From the NCBI GenBank assembly GCA_951406725.2, contig OX597821.1, positions 48,112,001-48,176,000 of the forward strand: a stretch of 64,000 nt of DNA. Reading direction: 5' to 3'. A model generated the notes under the pieces. It ran no database searches, had not been told where the DNA came from, and saw nothing but the letters and a program-made list of their open reading frames with translations. The stretch comes from Octopus vulgaris (taxonomy: Eukaryota). A program made the position numbers and the translations under genes. Positions 38,830-53,949 of this stretch are shown here, piece after piece. Each line of letters starts with the position of its first letter. Position 1 is the stretch's first letter.

Positions 38830-40119
38830 CAGAGATATGATGAAACAGGTTCAGTGTATTTGGAATGCTCAGCAGCATGCTTTTGCCATAAAAATGCTTT
38901 ACAAAAACAATGATAGTTTGGAGGGTGCAGCTACAATCATCCTAAACCAGGACTGCCATTGTTATGCTGGCAAATAATCTTTACTCTAGAGTACTGTTGC
39001 TGAATATATCTTGTTGAGAGATTTACAAATAATAATTTTCTATTTTAGAGACTGGATCAGTTCTGAAAAAAAAAACTGACAGGACAACCAAGAAGTGTTC
39101 GTATTCCACAGAATATTAAAGCTCTAAATGTTTCAGTCTTGCAGAGCCCATGTTGGTCAGCTTGTAAGCAAGCAGCTGCAGCAAGGTTGTCCTGAGAGAG
39201 TATTTGCTGAATTTTTTATTTTGACTTTAAATTTCATCTGTATAAGCTGCAAATCATGCAAGAACTGAAGGAGAATGATCACCAATCACAATTAGAATTC
39301 TATCAAAAAATTATGGGAAACGTAAACAAAAACAATGAGTTTCTGGACAAGCTGTGGATGTTAGATGAGGTTTATTTTTATCTCACAGGTTATGTGAAGA
39401 AACAGAACTATCATTGCTGGGCAGACAGCAACCCTAAAAAACTTCATGAACACTTTTTACACAGCAGCAAAGTGATGGTATGGGGTGCAGTTTCATCACA
39501 TGGGGTCATCAGACCTTACTTTTTCGAAAATAAAGAGAGGATCACAACAACTGTCATTTTGGATCAATGATGAGATGCAGCAATCTTTTGTTGCACTTGC
39601 ATTGAACGGTGTTCTACAGCTTCACAATGGTGCAACATTGCACACTACAATAGGATGGTGTGGCAACGCATACTACAAGGCAATCAATGACAGCTGTGCA
39701 AGATTTGTTTGGTACCTGTGTCATCTCAATATTCGGTGACATTCACTGCCCCCCCCCCCCAGATCACCAGATTTATTCGTTTGTGATTGATTCTTGTGGG
39801 GCTCTCTTAAGAGTCAGATCTACAGAGTTTGGCCAAGGGCACTGGATGAACTGAAACAAAGAATTCGAGATGGAATTCGTCGTATACTAACTGAGATGTT
39901 ACACCAACAATTGGGAGCCTCAGTGGTAGATTGACAAAATGCATACGTAGAAGAGGACACCATCTATAGGACGTAATTTTCAGACATTAATACTTTGGAT
40001 TACTGATTATTAAAAGGCAAGTTGTTTACTTTCTGTCAATAAAATTCTTTTGTTGGATTAGGATTTTTCCTATTTTTGTAGGGTTTTTCAAAAGATCCTG
40101 GTTTGGGGGTCACCTCGTA
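38830..40119 (+). mobile_element. Tc1/mariner (rosa/DD41D-like) transposon, decayed
   Basis: HLYKLQIMQEL, WMLDEVYFYLTGYVKKQN..W..NP, KVMVW..GVIRPYFFE, PPxSPDL-like; ends cacctcgta. Confidence 0.8.
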
Positions 40120-40482
40120 TTATCAAATTTACATTTAAATTACATAACTATTTCAGATCACGTAACTTTGGTGATTGTTTTATTTCTTAACCAGAGGAGG
40201 TTGGGTTGCAATTAGAACCCTTCATATTGAACCATTTCAACTAGTAGGAATTTGGAGCCAGAAAATAAATTATACTTACATGACAGACTTGATCTGAATA
40301 CATGCAGCAGTGTGGATCCAACTAAAGACATACAAAGACAAGATGGTGGGGTTAGGTTAAGTTAGAGTTATGATCTAGTGAATGGTATTAAACTGGGGTG
40401 ATGGATGAAGTCTACCACACAACAACAGCTATGGTAAATCCCATGAACTGCTGTATTGGTTTTCCACAGCCCACATCAATAC

Positions 40483-40722
40483 AGTTCTAGGTGAATTCGT
40501 CTACAATAATTTGTCTACAACAATTCATCTACAACGATTTATTTATGTATGGTTGTATGCGTGTGTTTGTGTGTATCTGTGTGTGTGTATGTGTGTGGTT
40601 GTATGTGTGTGTGTGGTTGTATGTGTATGTGTGTGCAGTTGTAGGTGAATTGTATCTGTAGATAAGTTGCCGTAAGATGAATTGTTGTTGATGAATTATT
40701 ATAGACAAATTCGCCAGATACC
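40483..40722. mobile_element. Mutator/Foldback-like MITE with 9-bp TSD
   Basis: catcaatac at 40474-40482 and 40723-40731; inverted arrays of ~14-15-nt aattcgtctacaac units around a (TG)n core. Confidence 0.8.
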
Positions 40723-41815
40723 CATCAATACATCACCTGCATAATATAATAAGAATACTAAAAATGAATGATGACCTGGGTATGTAAAGGGAACAGTTTG
40801 GTGTTGCAGCAAATCATCAATGCCCACAGTCCTTAACACTATATGTCAAACCACCTTCAAATACTCAGACTCTAAGAAATCCATTACAATAACATCCTAA
40901 AAAATTATCTTCCAAACTTATTCCAGATAAACAAAGAAACGTACACACACATCAACAAAAACACTGAATGTAAACAATGTGTTGGCAAAGACGCAAGTGT
41001 TATGTTCTGACCAAGCCAAGACCACCATCAGAATGTACAGAGATAAACTAGCCTGTGGATACTAGTACACTTTACACCATATGATTCATCATGGGATGTA
41101 GTGTATAATCATTAGTTAGGTAGTTATATGGATATAACTAGGAAGATCGATCTATTACATAGCCATACCTTGTTATTCAGTTGATTACTATGTACTATGG
41201 GATGACCTGATCAGAGCTGTTTTGGGAATGACACATCAACAGCAATATTCTCTGCTTTTACTAGGAATAACCTCATTTATCAAAACTGATATATCTCACA
41301 AAGAAGAAGCTTGCAAAGGTTTGCTGACTCTGCAGAATTTAACCATTTCCTATCACTGCCATTAAATGGTGGATGGAAAGATGGCATATTGCTTGACAAT
41401 GGTAATTTTACATTAGCAGCATTATTATCATCATTATTATTATTATCAATATCATCATCATCAGCAATGACAGAAGCATCATTACTACAAATATGCCATA
41501 ATCAAACTTGTTGTAATTAACATTATACTTAATGAAACTACGAGCATTTTAATTATAACAATTAATATCACTCCAGGCATAATCATGGTCGTCATCGTCC
41601 TCTTAATTGTTCTCCTCTTCCACCACATCATCACCATCATCATCAGCAGCAGCAGCAACAGCAGCATCACCATCTAAGCTGTGTTACATATGTTACACAT
41701 GGTAACATTATTTACGTGTAATATGTTGCATCACTTTATTATCTTCCACTTTACTCAGATTTATCTTTCAGCCTCATTCTTTTTCCCTACTTCTCTCCAT
41801 TTCTCTGTTGCCTGG

Positions 41816-41853
<38 letters not shown>

Positions 41854-42366
41854 TTAATGATGATGTTGATGGTGATGATGATGGTGATGATGATGGTGAT
41901 GATGGTGGTGGTGATGGTGATGATGATGGTGATGATGATGATGATGGTGATGGTGGTGATGATGATGATGATGGTGATGGTAACGATGATGTTGATGATG
42001 ATGTTGATGATGGTGATGATGATGATGATGATGATGGTGATGATGATGGTGATGATGATGGTGGTGAAGATGGTGATGATGATGATGGTAATGGTGATGG
42101 TGATGATGATGGTGATGATGATGGTGATGATAGTGGTGGTGATGGTGATGATGATGATGATGTGATGATGATGGTGATGATGATGGTAATGATGATGATG
42201 ATGGTGGTGGTGATGGTGATGATGATGGTGATGATGATGGTGATGATGGTGATGATGGTGATGATGATGATGATGGTGATGATGATGGTCATGATGATGG
42301 TCATGATGGTGATGATGATGATGATGATGGTGATGATGATGGTGGTGGTGATGGTGATGATGATGG

Positions 42367-42398
<32 letters not shown>

Positions 42399-42620
42399 GT
42401 GATGGTGATGGTGATGATGATGATTATGATGATGATGGTGATGATGGTGATGATGATGATGATGGTGATGATGATGTTGATGATGGTGATGGTGATGATG
42501 GTGGTGATGATGATGGTGATGATGATGGTGATGATGATGATGATGGTGATGATGATGGTGATGATGATGATGATGGTGATGATGATGGTGATGATGGTGA
42601 TGATGGTGATGATGATGATG
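41816..42620. repeat. ~800-bp compound (GAT/GGT)n microsatellite
   Basis: Direct reading; one phase slip at ~42162. Confidence 0.97.
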
Positions 42621-43019
42621 TCAACAATGACAACTGCTAAAATGATTCAACAGACGATGGTAACTGCAAGAAGATCATGTACAGTGATAGTTCAATGCGA
42701 AACAAGAACAGCTGGAGTCAGAATGTTTAACCAACAAATCCCTGAAACAGCCAATGTCAGCCATCAAGATTGGCTCTTATAGAATTGTAGTTTTGTAGGA
42801 AGGTCACATCACTGTGACATTTTGAATAGATATATTAAACAACCAGTTCATCACGCATCTATCATTATATTTAGTACTGCACCATAAGCGGAGATACTCC
42901 ATGTTACACTATCACTGCTCCACCACCATAAACTACACACATCAATAGCTTAATAGATAATGTCAATGAGAAAACCGTGTGTGTGTGTGTGTGTGTATGT
43001 GTGCGTGTGTGTGTGTGTA

Positions 43020-43062
<43 letters not shown>

Positions 43063-43586
43063 ATCCATACATTGTTGATAAAAAGTCTGTATGCAACAGA
43101 GAGCACTGGAGTAGCCCTTACTTAATGCAAAGGAGAAAATGGTAAGGAAAGCCATAATGCCATCAGGAACAGCTGCTGAGACACCGTAAATATCTAGAGG
43201 AGAATGTTAATCAATTGTTTCTCAAGTCTTTTGTCAGAGAATACAGAAAGGTGCCCTCCTCAATTTCTGATGTAGCAGTAGCACTGTGAACTGTTGCAAG
43301 AGAAAAGGGTGTGTTTCAGAGAAAGGAACTCCCAGAAGCTATTGACGGACCAAGTTACAAGAATCAAAGAGATAGGAATTGAGATTGACAGATTTGAAAT
43401 AAATTAAGATATGATGTAGTCCTGTTTAGCAGCACGAGGACAGGGTCCAAAAGATATTCACTTCATAGTGAGACAACTCATATATGAAATGTAAATGTGG
43501 CATGAAATATGGAAGATGTATGAAGGCTGGAGAGAAATAAGCCAAGAAGGCTGCTCTGTCAGTGACAATTGCTGTTATTGTAGTTA

Positions 43587-44846
43587 TCAGGTCGTTAAGA
43601 ATGAAATGTCCAATTTCCTTATGCATCAAGTTTGACAGTCATTAACCCTAATGTTTTATCCTGACAATTATTTATTTTGCAACATTGAAGAGTTACATCA
43701 TCACTTTTTGAAAGGCAGATCATGGTGTCTGTTTAAATGATGAGTTTTCTCTTGCAAATCAATTTTTGTGAACCCTTGGGTAGATAATAAAAATTCGTAT
43801 TGTTTATGAATATGAATTCCATCATGGAACGAATGCATCCCAGACAGCTTGAATCCTCAATGAGGTGTTTGGTGAAGATGTAGTGAATAAGCAAACTGTA
43901 TGTCAATGGTCTGAGAAGTTCTGGTCTGGTGACTTTACACTTAAAAATCAGCCTATGGTAGACCTGAGACCAAGGTGGATAATGATAAGTTGGAAACTGT
44001 AGTAGAAGTGGATGCATCTCAAGCTACACATAACTTAGCAGCAAGGTTTGATGTTTTGATTCCAACTGTATTGGACCATCTGAAACAAATCAGCAAAGTA
44101 AAGAAGTTGGACAAGTTGATACTGCATGAACTAAACAAGCATCAAATGACACGTCATCTTGAAACTTACTGTTCTTTGCTGTCACAAAATAAAAGTGAAC
44201 CATTTTGCATTGTATTGTTACGTGTGATGAAAAAAATGGATTCTTTTTAACAATAGCAAGCATTCTGCATGGTGGTTGGATAGAGACAGAGTGCCAAAAC
44301 CCAATCTAAGAATAAGTATTCACCAAAAAAAGCTAATGGTGTCTGTTTGGTGGTCCAGTGCTGGTATCATCCACTACAGCTTCATGAGATCTGCTAAGTC
44401 AATTATAGCAGATGTATACATCAACCAATTGGATGAAATGATGAGTGAACTTGCAATTAAACAACCGAGATTGGTCAACAAAGACAGACCAATTCTCTTG
44501 CAAGACAATGCTCGACTACATGTTGCACAAAGAACGCTACTCAAGTTACAGGAGCTGAACTTGGAAGTACACTATCATCCACCATGTTCATCAGACCTTG
44601 CACCAACTGACTATCCTGTTTTCCAGGCATTAGACAACTTTTTGCAGGAAAAAACTAGCCTTTCGTGATTTCGTCATCTCTTGCTCTCCAGAATTCTTTG
44701 CTGCTGGCATAAATAAGCCACGATAAAATGGCAAAATTGTGTTGATAATTCAGATGCATACTTTGATTAACTGCAGTGCTTTTTGTTGAGATTTAGTAAA
44801 ATAAACTTTCAGCTCAAAATCGGACATTAAATTCTTAATAACCTAA
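43587..44846 (+). mobile_element. Full-length (1260 bp) decayed mariner DD34D transposon
   Basis: TIRs tcaggtcgttaagaatgaaatgtcc / ggacattaaattcttaataacctaa with TA flanks; ILHEL, TCDEK, KKLMVSVWW, LLQDNARLH, HPPCSSDLAPTDY. Confidence 0.92.
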
Positions 44847-47079
44847 TATTTAAACCCTTGGTTGAACTTTATTGAGAAACCTTAACTAAAGGTATTCCAA
44901 CTATGATTATCTTCTCAGTTTAGCAACATGTAGGACTATGTTATGAAATGTGTCCTGTCTTACATAATAACTGTGTCTTGATGGAAACTTAACTGTTATT
45001 TCAGGACAGTAGGGCAACTAGAGAGGGTCTTCCTTCATTGTATGGGATAGAAAGGGACAATCTTGCAGAAGAGGATGACCAAGGAATTCTGTAAGAAGAG
45101 GTGACAGCTGGTCTCAGGGTATGGACCTCACAAGGACATAAAAAGGGACCAAAACATATGGTAGGAAACTTTGTTGGGGAAAACTCATCTAACTCATGTA
45201 AGAATGTAAAAATGGATGTAAAGTGACGATAATGATAATGATGACAACAACAATAACAGTGATAAAGATGATGATGACAATGATGCAGAAGCAAAGAAGG
45301 AGGGGAGAAGGAGGAGGGAGATGATGATTATGCTAATAATGATGGCAACAATTATGCTGCTGCTGCTACTGCTGAGGATAACATTAATAACAATAGATAT
45401 ATACATTATAATAAAGGAGACATCATTTATTCTTTTAAATGTTTCTGCAATAGTTCTGTGACCATACTGGAGCACCATTTTCTAAAGTATAGTTGTTTAC
45501 ATTCATTGTAAAACTTGCTTTATTGATCTGTAAATGATGAAAGCCAAAATGGATCAGGGTAGAATTTGAACTCACAGTGACAAACTACCATAACATAATT
45601 CATTTCATTGATTCTGCTATAATGAAAGATACAGACTTCATATATATAAAAGAAGAGAAGTAAAAAATTGCATCATTGATTGTCTCTAAGTTGGTCCTGA
45701 CTGAGCAGACCTATGGTCAAATATATTCCTCTGATGAACTTTCCACCAAAACTTTCAGTCACAATATCTTCCAAAATACAGTTATATTGTGTCTTAGATG
45801 TTCTTCCTTCTTAAGATAGAAGAGTATGGATTTGGTTCATATTTTTAGCAGGTTGAATAACTTACAATTTCTTGAGACAAAGAGGGAACATTTACAAATG
45901 CTCCTTCTTTCTCACAAGAGATTGTAAGTTGTGTATAGAGGTGAATCCCATAACTGTTTGTTTTATTGGAGACTCTTTTTGCTCTACACCAATGAACTCA
46001 TCAAGAAGATTATAATATGCAGTAGACTGTTGAACACCACATGTTGCATGTAGCCTAAACACACAAACATTTTAGTCTGTATCCATAAGTGACCATCTGA
46101 CTGATAGACAACTCTTCACTTACCAACACACTCACATGTTCTGTATCTTTCCAACATCTCTCCAATTTTTGCTACATTAGTGGCTCATCTATACTAAGAG
46201 CTTATTCATTCATGCCCAGCCAATGACCCTGTCTGTCTGCAACATGATACCTGACAAACCCTTAGCTAAATCCTTCCTTTGTGGAATTCCAATTCTCTGG
46301 AACTACTTTGCTGTCACATTGGCAGACATCAGTTTATAAATTTCCTACTAATCCTCTTGATACCCACCTACCCAAAACCATGCTTCACTCTAATACAAAC
46401 GTCTTGTTTTAAAATTATTATAATTAAAATTCCCTGTTAATTTATGTTCCAAACACCAGCATAATAATGCCAAAGTTATTTTACTAAATTCTTCATTATT
46501 TTCAGAATTAATCGAAACCAAGGCAACGCATTTCCACAGAGCTATGGTTGCAAAATGATTGAATATCAGCAACAGCCCACCCACCAATGTAAAACTTCTA
46601 CAATGACTGTGACTTATGTCTCATCTTGTATCAAACATAGTCACATACATCTCTTATAGGGATACAAAAATTATGGTTAGACAGAAATTATGTTGCAAAA
46701 ACACCTGATTCCAAAACCTGTCTTGTGTTTAATCTTTATTCCATAATTATCATTGAATTTTTTTGGTTAATTTCCTTTCCAATACAAACTTTTTCAATTT
46801 CAATGATCTTATCAAAAGACCTGAGAAATGAAAGTACATTTCCTTTCCTATTAAATGTTTTATAAAAATAAAAAGCATCAGCTATTAATATATTTGAGCC
46901 ATGAAGATAATTATTATCTACTATTGCAAGGGTTTAGCACGTGGATGTAGCTATTTCTGTATAATGTTAAATAGCAGATGTAACAATGCTGTAATACACA
47001 CACACGCACACACACACATGTATATGTGCATATAAGTACAAATTTATACATATATATGTACATATACATATTTATCTAT

Positions 47080-47130
<51 letters not shown>

Positions 47131-47919
47131 TTTAGAATTCAGTAACTAATACTCTTGGGAAATACAATCAATTAATATCCTTCAAAAATCTCATAGATTC
47201 CCAGAAGAGGTGATACTCTAGTTTCATAGAATTAAACATAAGAAATATATTTTCTTCTGTATAGTATTTTACAGTCTTTTGCAGTTAAATTGCCCATATG
47301 TAAAATGCCAAATCGCTCTTTACTACAACAATAGTGGCTAATACTTAATATCTAGTAAATAAAAAAAACAGAGCACAAGGAAACATTAAGTAAAATTTAG
47401 AAATTTATATACTTTTGGGAGAAACATAAATTCTCCTAACATTTAGTAAAATATTCAAATATATATCGTTGTAGAAAAGTGTAATGAAGGACTGTACAGT
47501 TAAGGAATAGAATTTTTTAGGAGAAAATTGTTTATCAACATGTTTATGCCAGCCAATTTATCAAACTAGATGCAGATAGTAAATAATCTGCAACTTGTTA
47601 TTACATAGACCAGTACTATTAGTCCCATAGTTTGACCACTGGTGGTAAGCTAGTAACACCTCTCTGAGTCTTTACACCAGTGTGTGAAGAGTAGATGGAC
47701 ATCCAAATATGACAGAAAACATTATTTGTCTTCATGAGCAGCAGAATTCAAGAAGCTGATGGATAAAATCCTATTAAAGCTTTTGGATTTAGCATTACTG
47801 ACACTTTTGATAACTTTTGTACTTACTTGTCTCCCAAAGACATACAGGTCTTGGCTGTCCTTTGACCTAAGTAACAGAGGCCCCTAGATATGTATGCATA
47901 TTACTAATGTGACTTAGGA

Positions 47920-48430
47920 TTTTCATAAGCTCATCTTTAGTATTGTAGGAAATGAGATGTGTGCCTTTCCTGACTGATGGCAGCTTACATCCAGAGATTG
48001 TCTCTTGATGAAACAGAGCCACACACCAGTAGACTTGATGGCAAAGCCATTCTTCAACAATGATATAGTAAATAACCTGCCAACCAAGACTGTCCCATTA
48101 ACCATCGAAGAGCTTAAAAGTGCTTAAAAGATTTAAGAAAGAACCAGACACCATGTCTAGATAACATCCCAGTCATCATCTGGAAGAGTCCCTTCTTCCA
48201 CAAACATCTGTTGAACTTCTGCAACAAAATCTAAACAAACCAACAGCCTCCTTTGAAGCTACTATTATTCCACTGCCAAACAAAGGTAATCTTCATTTGC
48301 CTCAGAATTGTAGAGGAATTACACTCCCAACTGTCACCTCAAAGATCTTACAACTCCATGCTACTTCATAGAATTTCTCCTCACATTGATCCCATCCTGA
48401 AATGCAACCAAAATGGTTTGGGGCTATGGC
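47920..48430 (+). mobile_element. Old RTE/RTEX-like LINE, RT N-terminal fragment
   Basis: LTIEEL, CLDNIP, KGNLHLPQNCRGITL, ILKCNQNG. Confidence 0.65.
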
Positions 48431-48488
48431 ATACCTGATGTGAGTAGCTAAGCCATTATCATCATGTTTGAAAACGTTTCCAGCCTTC

Positions 48489-48490
<2 letters not shown>

Positions 48491-48541
<51 letters not shown>

Positions 48542-48870
48542 TTAACATCCGTTGTCTATGCTGGCATAGGTTGGACAGTTTGACTGGGCTGGCATACTGG
48601 AAGGTTGCACCAGACTCCAGTCTGAATTGGCATGGTTATCTATGGTTGGATGCCCTTCCTAACACCAACCACTTTGAGAGTGTAATGGGTGCATTTACAT
48701 ACCATTGGCATGGGTGCCAATTTGCATGGCACCCGTATCTGCCACTACTGCGATTTTGCTCAGCTTGATGAGTCTTCTTCTCAAGCATGATGTAATACCA
48801 AAGGTCTTGGTCATTGCCTCTGTGAGGCTCAACACTCGAAAGGAACTCAGTCACCTTGCCTCTGAGGCCC
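48491..48870 (-). mobile_element. RTE 3'-tail/SINE with (GAT)n tail
   Basis: ggatgcccttcctaac motif after (CAT)n. Confidence 0.8.
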
Positions 48871-49599
48871 AAAGGCTTCTAGTGAGTGTGGTCACTAATT
48901 TAAAGTATGAAAGTGTTCATGGAAAAGTCCAGTAAATGCACTTTTGAGAAGTATGTGTAATGGAATATCAGAAGGCAATTTAAAAAAAAATTATTTTAGT
49001 TATTAAATTATTACAAGAGCTAGCTAACAAGTTAAAGAGTGTATCCTGTATGTATGTGAGTCAGGGAAAGCATTATGTATTACATTTGAACAATAGATTC
49101 AGTTGTATGTCATTACAAGCTAATAGGAATAGAGCTAGCATCAACGAAAACATACTGTTCATTATGATGTAGATTTGTGGCTGATGTCATCTAGAATTTT
49201 GTGGAGAAAAGTTAGTATAAATGAAATAAGCTGTTCAAGAGGTGACAAATCAAGAGCCAATATAACTCAGAGTTAGCTGCATGAAGTTAGTCGTAAAAAA
49301 AACAATAGCTGTTCTATGTTGAAAGAGGGATGTTGTTTGCTCCGCCATCTTTTCACTAACTGCTTAAAACTCCCACTTCTCTTCATAGGCAGAGAACTAC
49401 CTCTAGTATTCATATGCATCCAGCCCTGATTAGCTGGTGTATGCAATAGCACAACTGCACTATGACATAACAAAAATAGCTTTCCTTACTCGCTACAGGC
49501 TCAAACAAAGAATTTCCAATCACAACAAGAACCCTTCAGTAAGTCACTGTAATTTTTTTCCTCTTGTGATTGTGTACTACACTCAGCATTTGAGAGAAA

Positions 49600-50290
49600 G
49601 GCCACACCATCAATCAGAAGCAATCGTGTTGTCAGCAGAGCTTGCTTCTCCCCAACCTTACTATGCTGATGATCTTGCCCTCACTGTGTGATTTGTTAAC
49701 ATCCTTTGAGAATGCTGCAGTTCATGTCAGTCTGTTTATCAATGCAAAGAAGACTGAATACATAACCATCAATGAAGATGAAAGCCACCTGTTAATTTGT
49801 ACCAATTATAACACACAACTCATAAGGTCAGTAACTTAAAGTACCTGCTGACTGTAAGAAAGACTTCTTGATACACGAGGAACTAGCCCGGAGTAACTGT
49901 AACAAGATTCAAAACATCTGGCAATTAAATATTTCAAAGTCAACAAGGCTGGCCTTATTCAGCATGTGTAGAGAATGCATTTGTTTTTAATCAGCTGAAA
50001 TCTGGACTAAGAAGGAGCATCAAAATTAGTACATACACTAGATTTCTCATGATGGTTCAAAACATTTCATGGTCTGAACACAAAAGTGAAGTGGAGATAT
50101 ATGGACACATTCCGCCCCAACTCTACTACTGTTACTCAACACAGGTTAGTTTTGCTGACTCTTGCTTTTCTGTTATACAACAGACCATATCAGATGTTAT
50201 ATTTTGGAGATTCCTGCATTCTGATAGAGGACAAAGACAAATCAACATTGATGTTACTGACTGGGAAGCACATGAAATTGAGTTCTTATC
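49600..50290 (+). mobile_element. Old RTE/RTEX-like LINE, RT core and C-terminal fragment
   Basis: YADDLAL, LFINAKKTEY, KYL, ISWSEH. Confidence 0.65.
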
Positions 50291-51559
50291 AAATCTGAGG
50301 ACAAAGGTATTTTGTGCAGTACTGTGAAACATCTTAATTGTGGTTGCTTTACGAAAAGGAAAAAAATTCTTAGTACTTATATCAATATATTTTAAATATT
50401 GTATTTCTGAGAAAAGTCTTCTCCAAATGTCAGCATTCTTGTCAATTTGTTCTACTTTGTGGCTTTTACACATGTATTAAATGGGATGTCCAAATATACA
50501 ATATGTATTCAGTAAGTTTGTTCTGGGAGGTCTATATCTGATCTACTCATTCTCTCTACCTGCACCTAATCACACTGTTCAATATCATTTCATATAAAAC
50601 AATTATAGACCAAACTATAAAGTTTGATTAGAAATTAAGTTGTAGGAACAATGCACTTAAAAAGGATGGGAGTCAAAGAGACATTGTCAAACAAATTGTG
50701 CACAACAAGAAATGAAAAATTTTACTTTCATATTTCCAGCTTCCTAACACATGCCTTCTATTGATTGATTCAATGATCTCTGAAGACAGACGGAATCCTT
50801 CAGAAAAACTGTATTATACTGAAGATTGGCTTCCAGTTTTCCTGAATCTAAACTCTAATTAAAGCAATCAGTAGTATTTGTTGTACTTCTACATCATAGT
50901 TCTATTGTCCTTTTACAAACAGAAAAACAAGAATACACAGTAAATAAATAACTAGATGAAGAAGGAAAGAAAGAAAGAAGAGAAATAATTTATTAATAAC
51001 TTGTCACATTTGTGTTTCTGACATTTTCAAAAGCGACAGAGCTATATCAATGATACGAAATAACAATGACATATTGCAAGATTTTGTGAGGGGTTTTTTG
51101 TGCATGTTTTTTCTTTTGTTCTTTTAGATTCTTCTTGTTCACTTTATTTATTTTCTAAAGTGATTTGATGAATATCAAGTATTGTCAGATGTTAATGCCA
51201 AGGTCACTTGAAATTCTATTCAAGCTAGCTGAAAAGATTTGAAATTCTTTGAGTATTGTATTGATGATAATTCTAATAATAATGCTAATCATGATATATT
51301 TATTCATTTATTTCAGTGTACACACACAGATGCATAAGCACACACACACACATATATATATATACATGAGTGAGCATGTATGTGTGTGTACATGTATATA
51401 TATGTGTGTGTGTGTATATGTGTTTCTTTTTACCTTTTTTCTCCTGTCAATATTCCTCTGCTAAAGTTCAAATCATTCTGATGATGTTTGTTACATGGAA
51501 CAAGATAAACACATGTTTACCTAAAAAATAACAAACTGAAACAGCTGTAAATGTTATCT

Positions 51560-52672
51560 TAACCATAACACCTCCTTAGTTAGGTGGCCCTGCTCGATCT
51601 GTAGAAAAGGTGTAGGTGGAAACTCCATAAGATGTACCCAGTGTAAGCTATGAACACATAAGAGGTGCAGCAACATCAAAGGAAGATTAACCAAGAAGAT
51701 AGCTTTCGTGTGCAGCAGATGCACAGGGGCAATGCACACCACAGATATTCAGAAAACAGATTCCATCACACTCCAGGGGGAGAAACTAGAAGTAGTTAAT
51801 AGCTTCCGCTACCTAGGTGACCAAGTTAGTAGTGGGGGTGGATGCTCAGAGAGTGTTACCACTAGAATAAGAATAGCCTGGGCAAAGTTCAGAAAGCTCC
51901 TACTCCTACTGGTGACAAAGGGTCTCTCGCTCAGAGTGAAAGGTAGATTGTACAACACATGTGTGTGAATTGCCATGTTTCATGGCAGTGAAACATGGGC
52001 TTTGATTGCGGATGACATACGTAGGCTCGAAAGAAATGAAGCTAGCATGATCCACTGGATGTGTAATGTCAGTGCGCATGCACAACAGAGAGAAATGTTG
52101 GACATAAGGAGCATCGGATGTGGTGTGCAGGAGAGATGTTTGCATTGGTATGGTCATGTATTACAGATGGAGGAGGAGAGATGTGTGAAAAAGTGCACTC
52201 CCAAACTGTTGAAGGAATCTGAGGTAGAGGTAAACCCAGGAAGATATGGTATGAGGTGGCCAAGTATGACCTTCGAACGTTGGGCCTCACGGAGGCTATG
52301 ACAAAAGACCAAGACCTCTGGAGATATGCTGTGACTGTGAAGACCCGACAAATGAAGTGAGTTCATTGCTCACAGGATGGCCTGCTGTGCTAACCTTGGA
52401 TTGCAGAACGACCTGTTGTGCTTGAGGAGACCTATTGAGTCAAGTACATCAACATCAAAATAAAAATCAAATGGATATTGTACTTGTGATACCCATGCCG
52501 GTGGCACATTGGGCCTCACAAAGGCAATGATGAAAGACCGAGACCTCTGGAGACATGCTGTGGCTGCGAAGACCTGACAAATGATGTGAGTTCATTGCTC
52601 ACAGGATGGCCTACTGTGCTAACCTTACATCAACATCAACATCAAAATAAAAATCAAATGGAAATTGTAGTT
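51560..52672 (+). mobile_element. RTE LINE 3' part with PHD-like finger and partly duplicated 3' UTR
   Basis: WPCSIC..CTQC...HKRC..CSRC, then LEVVNSFRYLG, RIRIAW, HGSETW, LHWYGHV. Confidence 0.9.
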
Positions 52673-53949
52673 TGTATGTATGTATGTATGTATGTATGTA
52701 TGTATGTATGTATGTATGTATGTATGTATGTATGCATGTATGTGCACGTACACACAAAATTTATTCATACATGATTAGTTATCTATAAAAAAATAATGGT
52801 GTAAGCAGTAATATTTGTGTGCTAAAACTGGTAAATACTCGCATAAAATGGATTAGAAACTTGATAAGATAAGGAAGCAAACGTTTTTTAGTTTAGTTCT
52901 CAGTAATTCTTGAGGCAAGTTCACCTTGGAATCCATAAAATTAAGAACATAATGACATTGACTCAATTCAGTCTATAAGATTGCTGAGCACAAAACTTTG
53001 TTTCTTCAGATTTGTGTGTGTGCATGTATGTGTGTGTGTGAGTGTGTGTGTGTGCATGTGTTCGTGTGTGTACAAGTATTTCTTCTATTGAAAAACAGAT
53101 CAGTGATTTCATTGGGTTTGTAGCTGAAATTATTATTAGATATTGATCTCCTCGATAGCAGGAATTGGAAAAGTAATTGCTTAAAGTAATTGCATAGAGG
53201 AATAAATAGACAGATACGCAAATGTCCATGAACCACACATATATATTGCCAAATACAACTCTGTATGTAAACACACTCATACATATACACACATACATGC
53301 ATATCATTATCATCACTTTATGTCCACTTTCCATACTGGCTTGGGTTGGAGAATTTGGAAAGATCTGAAAGATCAAAGGACTATATCATACTCCAGTTTC
53401 TTAGTTTTCATGCAGTTTCTACATCGAGATATCTTTGCTAACACTATTCACTTTACATTGTGTATTTGGTACATTTTGTGGTGGCACTAGTACTACAGAT
53501 GTTGTCACCTCAGCAAAACTAAAGAACCCTCTCAATATTGTGTTGTCTCTCTTTGATTCACCAAACGCTTTCCAGAATAAACTGGGGGGCTTTTCTCGTG
53601 TCACTCAGCAACTTACAGGGCAAAATCCCTCCACTATTGAAAAAGAGAACAGGAGAGCGAGAGAATGATGACTTTATGTGAGGTAGTGAGAGGAGTTGTA
53701 GTATGATGGTGGGAATAGATGTGCACACACACACACACACACTCTCTCTCTCTCACACACACACATATACACACACATAATTCACTGAACCATTAGTCAT
53801 TAATCATAGTTTCTACATGGTTTCTTTGTCATGCAGAAGATTATGCTGAGTTATTTGAATAATAGTGGGATTGTGTAGGTGAGAGGAAGCTGGCCAGAGG
53901 AAGTAGACTCCATATGTGGCAAGCACACAGGAACAGTTGGTTATGAGAA

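Noticed and set aside
41774-42782. 324-aa Asp/Gly/Met-rich ORF and overlapping ORFs
   Set aside because: Stop-free by-product of the (GAT/GGT)n microsatellite; no protein motif
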